A stretch of 13,531 nucleotides of DNA from a virus. The notes below the pieces were generated by a model. That model was given only the letters and a program-made list of their open reading frames with translations, did not search any database and was not told the DNA's origin. Both the position numbers and the translations under genes were made by a program. The DNA lies in the UHGV virus genome UHGV-0241990, one strand, 5' to 3'. Numbering within the stretch: the first letter of the stretch is position 1; each line of letters begins with the position of its first letter. Below, in pieces: positions 1 through 5,953 of this stretch.

Positions 1-829
1 CCACCATATCGCCTAACGCATGCGGCTGGAACTGTGGGACCAGATAAGCAGTATTCTCTGGCAGACTATCCATTTGCACCACACGCAGAGCTAAGCCCGG
101 AATGCGGAAGGTCGGGAAGCCCGGCAGAATATCCTCAGGGAACATCAGACCTTTGTCGGTAATATTCTGATTGCCGAACAACAGCACTTTACGGAGCAGT
201 TCATCAGTCTGAATTGCAGCAAAGAGCTCAGCACGGCAGAACAGGGTGAAACCACGCAGAGCGCGAACAACACCACGCTGTTTAACCTTGCTCAGTGCAA
301 CCAGGTCCTGCAGCTGTTTAAGGATATCTTGAGCTAGATCCACTTCTGAAGTGGTTTGCTGTGCGCCCAGCAGTTCGCACACATTCAGTTCTTTACCCTT
401 GGTAAGGATAATTTTGTTCTCAAAGAGAGCAAGCTGGCGTGCTTCTTCATGGGTCGCGCGTAGTCCTTCACCCAGTTGAATAACACGACGAGCGGTTACA
501 GACTCTAAATTCTCTTCGGAATCTTTGCCCGGAACACGGATACCTTGCCAGTCAGAAGGATAAATAGCACTTGATGCGGCAGTGAATGCCATATCACCCG
601 TGCCCGTTTCACGCTCATCTGCGGTAATGGTAGCCATCTGTTCACCGTAGCGCGGATACTGACCGAAAGCGGTTTGTTTCACCTGGCGAACTTTGTCATA
701 TTCAAATTTAAAGGTATTGCACAGGGCTGTAGTGTTGAAGATATCCATTGCTGAAATAATCTGGTTATCCAGCGGGATGTCTTTAATCAGACCACACAGA
801 TCGCGAACTTCAAATTCTTTCTTAGCCAT
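1..829 (-). CDS. putative major capsid protein (N-terminal ~276 codons; gene runs past window start)
   Basis: Minus-strand frame opens at ATG 829..827 and runs to position 1 with no stop (frame hand-checked over several segments). GGAGG Shine-Dalgarno at 840..836, 6 nt upstream. Begins MAKKEFEVRDL. Lies directly downstream of the decoration-like gene (lambda D-E type order). Capsid call is from context and protein character, not confirmed homology. Confidence 0.5.
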   Translation of the reverse strand, partial: MAKKEFEVRDLCGLIKDIPLDNQIISAMDIFNTTALCNTFKFEYDKVRQVKQTAFGQYPRYGEQMATITADERETGTGDMAFTAASSAIYPSDWQGIRVPGKDSEENLESVTARRVIQLGEGLRATHEEARQLALFENKIILTKGKELNVCELLGAQQTTSEVDLAQDILKQLQDLVALSKVKQRGVVRALRGFTLFCRAELFAAIQTDELLRKVLLFGNQNITDKGLMFPEDILPGFPTFRIPGLALRVVQMDSLPENTAYLVPQFQPHALGDMV

Positions 830-840
830 CTTCAACCTCC

Positions 841-1176
841 TTATTGTGCAACACGCAAATCGCCATTGCTGGCAGCAATAACAGCGGCTAAGCCTTCTTT
901 ATCCACGTAGGCCGGATTGATGTAGCAACCTTTGTTCGCAACAACGATAAAAGCGTCACCAACCTCAGCACGTTCTACAACCAGCAGCGGAGTTTTACCG
1001 GTGTGCGTTGCTTTAACGAATGTTTCAACCTCGCCTTCCTCAGTCACCACAACAACAGTGCCAGCCGGAATCTCAGCCTTAACTTTGTTTTTAATTTCAA
1101 CGTCGCGAATAGAAAATTGCTCATCTGCGGCGTATGAAATGATGTGTCCGCGTGTGCGGATAGTCATATCTCTCAT
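841..1176 (-). CDS. head decoration protein-like (lambda gpD / DUF2190-like), 111 aa
   Basis: ORF from track. AGGTGA SD just upstream of ATG at 1176; stop 841-843 abuts the SD of the next gene. Beta-rich core (PLLVVERAEVGDAFIVVANKGCYINPAYV) resembles the gpD-type decoration fold pattern (recalled, not searched). Confidence 0.55.
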   Translation of the reverse strand: MRDMTIRTRGHIISYAADEQFSIRDVEIKNKVKAEIPAGTVVVVTEEGEVETFVKATHTGKTPLLVVERAEVGDAFIVVANKGCYINPAYVDKEGLAAVIAASNGDLRVAQ

Positions 1177-1229
1177 TTGATCACCTGCGATTTAAATTAA
1201 CTCCCCTCAAAGAGTTCCGGTATAACCTC

Positions 1230-1620
1230 TCAAACCACGACAGGCTCGGGCCGAAAAGTTATGCCGGAAATCTAAAGGGAAATTGATACAAGGAGAGGGA
1301 GATAGCCCCGCACCGTAGCCAAGCGGGGGCTATTCCACATGGGGAAACCGACAACAGTCGGATGATAGTTCACAGTATGGGTTACGGTTACTAGAGAGCA
1401 CTATCACGAAAGGCACTCCCCCGGATCAGTTCAGGCTGCGGTCACATCAGCGGGGAAATACCTTTCGGGATAGCTACCCACACAGAAAACCCGCAAAAGA
1501 AAACTGTGTGGATAACTAGCCCAATAGGAGAATTAATCGACCACTCAACGATGATCAGGGTAGTGTTATTTATAAGGCGGCACCGCTACCTGGTCGCCTT
1601 TACTTTGGAGGAAAATACGG
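1230..1620. other. structured, ORF-free, locally GC-enriched segment (candidate leader or ncRNA)
   Basis: No ORF of 60 aa or more on either strand. Hairpin 1302-1333 (ATAGCCCC / GGGGGCTAT arms) and hairpin 1478-1511 (8-bp stem CCACACAG / CTGTGTGG). A 9/9 DnaA-box-like TGTGGATAA at 1507-1515. Confidence 0.25.
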
Positions 1621-1943
1621 CAAATCACTTTCACCATTGATTTACGGTATATGTATATTATATCAGTATTCTCTCAAATTGTCAACCCCCTTATTATATA
1701 AATTCTAATAATTAGCGTAGTAACGGTATTTTCAGACCTCTATCAATCCCATCAATACGTCATCTCATCGCATCTATCATAACTTTTTCATTCGTGATAG
1801 ATATCTTTTGATCAATATCAATGTTTTCCGGGGATTTACCCGGTTATAGTTCGAATCAAGGAAGGGTAGCATTGATAGAGACACCCAAAGGGGTGACTGA
1901 AAGTCACCTGGCATAGCCAGTGAAAGCACCCAACCGAGCAAAC

Positions 1944-1961
1944 AAATCAACTTCTCGCAAA
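1944..1961 (+). repeat. conserved 18-nt element AAATCAACTTCTCGCAAA, copy 1
   Basis: Identical to 2463-2480; ends exactly 11 nt before the ATG at 1973. Confidence 0.7.
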
Positions 1962-1972
1962 AGGTGATAGTT

Positions 1973-2095
1973 ATGGGTATCAAGAACAGTGCCAGCGCAT
2001 GGCAAAAGGCCAGGTTTCATCACCCACACATTGTTAAGGCAATTGAGGTGGTTGGAGTTTTAGCCCTGATGTTAGCTCTGTGTGTGGAGGTGTGA
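1973..2095 (+). CDS. small hydrophobic peptide, 40 aa (MGIKNSASAWQKARFHHPHIVKAIEVVGVLALMLALCVEV)
   Basis: Not in ORF track (below its apparent length cutoff). ATG 1973 with AAGGTGA SD 5 nt upstream; stop TGA 2093-2095. Basic N-terminus and predicted C-terminal TM helix. Preceded by the conserved 18-nt element. Confidence 0.4.
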   Translation: MGIKNSASAWQKARFHHPHIVKAIEVVGVLALMLALCVEV

Positions 2096-2173
2096 GATGG
2101 GCAAAGGAGGCAAAGTATTTTTAATAGGTCTGGCAGTCTTAGATTTTGTATTAATCATCATTGAGCGGAGTTT

Positions 2174-2434
2174 ATGACGGGAACTAAAGATATTAAGAGA
2201 CTGAGGGAAGAGCTGATAGCTGAAATTAAAGCTAAGGCAAAGCAAATGGAGATAGCCGCACAAATGGATGTAGCGGAACAGATGTACAAGATGGTTGAGG
2301 AGGGAACGCCACGACAGGTCATCGCTAAAACCTTCGGTGTGGGGATCGCCACCGTGCACAGAAGGCTAAAAGCCTATGCCGACTACCACAATATCGAAAG
2401 AAAGGAGGATGGGAGATTTAAGAAGAATAAATAG
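2174..2434 (+). CDS. small HTH DNA-binding protein, 86 aa
   Basis: ORF from track; GGAG SD before ATG 2174. Helical N-terminus followed by an HTH-like segment TPRQVIAKTFGVGIATVHRRLK (resolvase / sigma region 4-type pattern). Confidence 0.75.
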   Translation: MTGTKDIKRLREELIAEIKAKAKQMEIAAQMDVAEQMYKMVEEGTPRQVIAKTFGVGIATVHRRLKAYADYHNIERKEDGRFKKNK

Positions 2435-2462
2435 TGTGAACAGTCCACCAGGTTATTAACTT

Positions 2463-2480
2463 AAATCAACTTCTCGCAAA
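2463..2480 (+). repeat. conserved 18-nt element AAATCAACTTCTCGCAAA, copy 2
   Basis: Identical to 1944-1961; ends exactly 11 nt before the ATG at 2492; followed by GGGG SD-like bases. Confidence 0.7.
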
Positions 2481-2491
2481 GGGGTACCACT

Positions 2492-3202
2492 ATGTTTAAG
2501 GGAATTATTGTTACACTATTAGCTTGCATTGTATTTGGTCCATGGGTGTTAGTAATTGCTTTGCCTCTATTACTAGTGATGAGTGTAGGGAAAGATATTA
2601 AAAAGCTGCATGCACAATATAAAGAGCACCCTGGAGCAGTCATAACAAGTCTGGTTATAGTCGCGGGGCTTATTGGCTGGGCCTACTTCTCTCTTCCCAC
2701 AGGAAATACAGCTGCAAATGTGGAAGAGGTGAACTCACAGCATGAAGAAGTGGTTAACGTCTCCGATCTTACATGGGAGGACAGGGTAAAAGCATATAAA
2801 TATATTTATGGTGTGCTAGATTGCGATCTCTCTAAAGATATAGGATGCACAGATAAATACCAGATTCACGCCTGGCTGTGGAATCATGCAGAAAAAGGTG
2901 CTTGCAACCAGATTAAAGTGGCGGTTAACAGTGGGGCACCTACTGGGAAAAATAAAGATGTTCTGACGGTATGGTGCAAGGATGTAAAAGGCAATGATCG
3001 TTGGCTACAGATGCGCCACATGGACGGTGTAAGCATAGAAACTACACGAACGGCTCGATGGTATAACGGTGAACTCGTTCACGAAGCATGGCAGAATAAC
3101 GCCTGGATCACTGAGGGAACACTCCTGAATGTTGATATGGAAGCATTGAAGATGCTTAATGAGATGTACGGTGAAGCCGTAGAAACCTCTCCTATGAAAT
3201 AA
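2492..3202 (+). CDS. membrane-anchored protein, 236 aa (two N-terminal TM helices plus soluble Cys-containing domain)
   Basis: ORF from track. Hydrophobic stretches IIVTLLACIVFGPWVLVIALPLLLV and ITSLVIVAGLIGWAYF, then a ~170-aa hydrophilic domain with several Cys. Followed immediately by a strong terminator. Confidence 0.85.
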   Translation: MFKGIIVTLLACIVFGPWVLVIALPLLLVMSVGKDIKKLHAQYKEHPGAVITSLVIVAGLIGWAYFSLPTGNTAANVEEVNSQHEEVVNVSDLTWEDRVKAYKYIYGVLDCDLSKDIGCTDKYQIHAWLWNHAEKGACNQIKVAVNSGAPTGKNKDVLTVWCKDVKGNDRWLQMRHMDGVSIETTRTARWYNGELVHEAWQNNAWITEGTLLNVDMEALKMLNEMYGEAVETSPMK

Positions 3203-3218
3203 CCACACCAACCCACCA

Positions 3219-3245
3219 GGGGGCCATCACGGCCCCTTTTTTATT
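3219..3245 (+). terminator. rho-independent terminator
   Basis: GGGGCC (3220-3225) / GGCCCC (3231-3236) stem, ATCAC loop, then TTTTTTATTT; 17 nt after the stop of the 236-aa gene. Confidence 0.85.
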
Positions 3246-3248
3246 TAT

Positions 3249-3303
3249 CCCCTATTTAACCCCTATTTAATGGGTATTTAATGCCTATTTATTGATTTAA
3301 TGG
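3249..3303. repeat. five tandem 11-bp units with TATTTAA core
   Basis: cccctatttaa (3249), cccctatttaa (3260), tgggtatttaa (3271), tgcctatttat (3282), tgatttaatgg (3293). Period is one helical turn. Confidence 0.6.
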
Positions 3304-3783
3304 TTTTGGGCATTGTTGACAGTGTAAGAGAGAGGATGTAACCCTTTTTTGCAATACTAATAAAATCAATAGCTTAGCTCAATTGGCCTTTTCTCTATTT
3401 TTGTCAAATTTAACATACCCTCAAAAACTGCAAAATCTGGCTGCAAGATTATCTGCAGCTGGATTTCTTACACCTCAATTTGTAGTATCACCCTGACTAG
3501 TTTGTGCATAAAATGAACAGTTTTTAACATTTCCTATTCACCTGGTAACCACACAAAAAGCTAAAAACGAGGCACAGATAATCTTAGAGGCCTGTTTTCT
3601 TGTTATCACTCTGGGAACGTCGTAGAAGTGATTTTGATGAAAGATGACCTACCCTATTACACCCCCATTTTTTGTTATCACAATTGCATCCTGTGCGGTG
3701 TATGGCTGTGTGCTGAAAGCGGTCTTGGGTGTGGGTGTCAGAAATATCCATTAGCGGTATTAATACCCGTCAGATGTTCGTCT

Positions 3784-3820
3784 GAGGTGCCAGGCAGGCG
3801 CTCCCCCACCTCCCTTTTTT
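3784..3820 (+). terminator. orphan terminator-like hairpin plus T-run in non-coding DNA
   Basis: GAGGTG (3784-3789) pairs CACCTC (3807-3812) with GC-rich inner pairing, followed by CC TTTTTT (3815-3820). No annotated gene upstream on this strand. Confidence 0.4.
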
Positions 3821-4368
3821 CTTCTAACAATTCTCAAATATCACACCACTGCCGACCACGTTGCTATTATGTTAATTCTTAAGCTTTGCTGTATGTTGTG
3901 CACATTATTTATTCAGGTGGCTGTACGTAAATTCTGTGCCCACTGATCATGATTTTTAAATCAGATTTTGTAGTGCGCTTTATTAGTGTAGATAAGATCT
4001 ATTATGTTAAATGCAATTTTCCCAACCCTTCAAATCAATGACTTACATGTAAGCATGCACTAACACCCCACACAGCACATTAGACGTATAGATGGCTATA
4101 TCCCACATTTTTGATTGTTTTGTAGTCATTCCCCTGATCATTTAACCAGTATAGTTTGTTCTCTGTAGACCACAAAACCGGAATTTACATCTGATTAACA
4201 TAATCTGTTAGCATGATCACCATTACCCACACAACAATAACCCCATGCAAGCCTCTTCAGGCAATTTATCGGCGTGTTGGTGTGAACAGTCTTTCATGTT
4301 CTTTATGTATTCATTGTCCTGTGTGAGGGAAGGATGGACTGCCCCAGGGGCCATAGTTATGACACCCG

Positions 4369-4404
4369 GTCAACATAACTGTTGATAAAATCAACGGGTG
4401 TTGA
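4369..4404. promoter_or_regulatory. pair of palindromic operator-like sites TCAACA-N4-TGTTGA and ATCAAC-N4-GTTGAT
   Basis: 4369-4384 TCAACATAACTGTTGA and 4389-4404 ATCAACGGGTGTTGAT share half-site TCAAC / GTTGA; centres 20 bp apart. CCCCAGGGG palindrome at 4341-4349 just upstream. Confidence 0.45.
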
Positions 4405-4525
4405 TCTGCATATTTCCCACACATGAGAGAAAATCAAAGCAAAGAGAGAGGAGAGAGGTTTGCTAGTCAAAATAGGTCAATTGACGGCTAATACAGAGTA
4501 AAAAATCAGATGCAATCACTCCCCC

Positions 4526-4795
4526 ACCTGTTGGGATTTCCTACAACCCCTTTCAGTCATACTCAGGCACCACACCCCGGTAAATATTACCGCACTAACC
4601 TGTAAAGAATTTTCACACCTGTGTGTTTATACAGTCATACTCTCCTGTTTTGCAGTCATTGCACCCATGATACACAGCCCCTAACCTGTCAAAATATTTT
4701 ACTACCCCACCAATAATACGGCCCATACCTGTAAAATATTTTTACTACTACCTGTCAAAATCTTTTACTACTACCTGTAAAAATATTTGACACTA
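4526..4795. repeat. iteron array: ACCTGT-containing ~23-bp repeats with near-palindromic core GT(C)AAAATATTTTAC
   Basis: Well-conserved copies starting near 4598, 4684, 4727, 4750, 4773 (spacings 86, 43, 23, 23 bp). Degenerate ACCTGT/CCTGT copies at 4526, 4617, 4644. Inverted repeat CGGTAAATATTACCG at 4578-4592. Confidence 0.65.
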
Positions 4796-4825
4796 ATAGA
4801 TAAAGTAATAGACCACACAATAGAT

Positions 4826-4859
4826 CCCCCCCTAACCCCCCAGGGGGGAATGGGGAGGG
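4826..4859. repeat. homopolymer C/G tract palindrome (C7-TAA-C6-A-G6-AAT-G4-A-G3)
   Basis: Read directly: ccccccctaaccccccaggggggaatggggaggg. CCCCCC A GGGGGG centred at 4842. Shorter CCCCAGGGG relative at 4341-4349. Confidence 0.5.
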
Positions 4860-5377
4860 ATCAGAGAGTGGGGAAGGTTTTCTAAGGGAAAAGCTTAACC
4901 CACAAATGAAAGCCTAAAGAGCATTAGCGACTCTTTAGGCAATATGTGTGTGGGGGTGACAATGTATTCCATACATGACACGTCACCCAATTGTGTGTGG
5001 GAGTGCCTACGGCACCTTAGCCCATGGCTAAGCCCTTCGGGTCTGTGTGTGGTCCGGCGAATGCGTCAGCATGAGGCCCACATGTGGACCGCTGCCGAAA
5101 GCTTGCCAGCGCCGGAAGGAGGCAGCAAAGAGTCTCCCGCGCGGGTGCACGCACACATATATAAAGGATACACTCATAAATCGAAAATAAGCCCCCTAAA
5201 TGGCCTTCTGGCTGCATTAACTAGTGTGAGTAGTGCAATTGCATTACCTGACCTCTAAATCGCGTTAGAATCGATTTTAGAGCGCTTAAGGCAAAAAGTG
5301 CCCTCCCTTGTGGGCTTGCTTGTGTCTGCTGTGCAGGCTATGGCACCTATAGCACACCTAAATGATAATAATTCTCA

Positions 5378-5406
5378 TTGACAATTGGTTGACAATATGA
5401 TAAGAT
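5378..5406 (+). promoter_or_regulatory. sigma70-like promoter candidate P1 with duplicated TTGACAAT
   Basis: TTGACA 5378-5383, 17-bp spacer, TAAGAT 5401-5406 (4/6). A second TTGACAAT at 5389-5396, 11 bp downstream of the first. Confidence 0.4.
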
Positions 5407-5441
5407 TATAAATAGGGGGAGAAACAGATCCGGAGGTCAAT

Positions 5442-5591
5442 GTGGAAATTACTGATGCAATAGCGATCATCAACCTGGCTGTACTGTGGTGCGGTGTTGC
5501 CTACATAGCCGGAGTAACTGCAATCGACAATCTTGAAGAAAAAATGATAGATAAATACAAAAAGATTGTTGACAATTTGACGAATGTCTGA
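5442..5591 (+). CDS. small GTG-initiated ORF, 49 aa, predicted TM helix (VEITDAIAIINLAVLWCGVAYIAGVTAIDNLEEKMIDKYKKIVDNLTNV)
   Basis: GGAGG at 5432-5436, 5 nt before GTG 5442; stop TGA 5589-5591. Not in track (short, non-ATG start). Protein-like composition, unlike the antisense track ORF 5406..5606. Confidence 0.3.
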   Translation: MEITDAIAIINLAVLWCGVAYIAGVTAIDNLEEKMIDKYKKIVDNLTNV

Positions 5592-5597
5592 TAAAAT
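5569..5597 (+). promoter_or_regulatory. near-consensus sigma70 promoter P2 for the plus-strand operon
   Basis: TTGACA 5569-5574, exactly 17-bp spacer, TAAAAT 5592-5597; predicted start ~5604, giving a ~120-nt leader before ATG 5725. Confidence 0.6.
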
Positions 5598-5724
5598 ATA
5601 AAGCATAGGGTAATTCTCATCATAGTGAATTTCCTTTAGTAGACTGGCGGGGGCTTGTCTTAAGTTCCCGTTTCTTTTTAATCATATATCGCACAGGTTA
5701 GTGAGCTAACAGGAGGCTTATACT

Positions 5725-5940
5725 ATGGCTAAAACCGGACCGATCAGCCAGCTGGTAAACTGGACTACTGACGAAATCGTCGAGAACGTACTTAAGGGGA
5801 ACTTCCGCAAAACTTCCGTTTATGCATTCATTCGTAAACATAAAGGAGAATATCCACACATTGAAGAAGCAATTTTAAAACTAAATTGCATTCGCCTTGA
5901 GCGGGAACTGGCTAAATACACCAATAACATTAATAAATAA
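5725..5940 (+). CDS. hypothetical small protein, 71 aa
   Basis: ORF from track; AGGAGG SD 5711-5716, 8 nt before ATG 5725; first gene downstream of P2. Confidence 0.7.
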   Translation: MAKTGPISQLVNWTTDEIVENVLKGNFRKTSVYAFIRKHKGEYPHIEEAILKLNCIRLERELAKYTNNINK

Positions 5941-5953
5941 TTATGGGGGAATT

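Noticed and set aside
1840-1860. tRNA-like T-loop motif GTTCGAATC
   Set aside because: No complementary T-stem, acceptor stem or cloverleaf can be built around it on either strand.
2072-2359. Minus-strand ORFs 2072..2359 and 2158..2352 overlapping the HTH gene
   Set aside because: Antisense to a well-supported plus-strand gene with SD; low-complexity translations.
3316-3344. Promoter at TTGACA 3316-3321
   Set aside because: No acceptable -10 hexamer at 16-18 bp spacing (TAACCC); retained only as a -35-like hexamer.
3756-3767. Perfect 12-bp palindrome GGTATTAATACC
   Set aside because: A single 12-bp palindrome is expected a few times by chance in 13.5 kb; no partner site or context.
3628-3882. 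84-aa plus-strand ORF from the track
   Set aside because: Cys/Pro/Ser-rich, non-protein-like composition; no SD; contains a terminator-like hairpin and T-run at 3784-3820.
4595-4795. LexA (SOS) boxes within the iterons
   Set aside because: Iterons begin CTGT but lack the required ACAG second half at N8 spacing; they are GTAAAATATTTTAC palindromes instead.
4944-5258. 104-aa plus-strand ORF and the overlapping 66-aa minus-strand ORF (5017..5217)
   Set aside because: Arise from a GC-rich repetitive, structured segment; implausible composition; more likely a structured RNA or DNA element.
5406-5606. 66-aa minus-strand ORF
   Set aside because: Lies antisense to the promoter region and to a more protein-like plus-strand small ORF; Phe/Tyr-rich low-complexity translation typical of AT-rich antisense frames.
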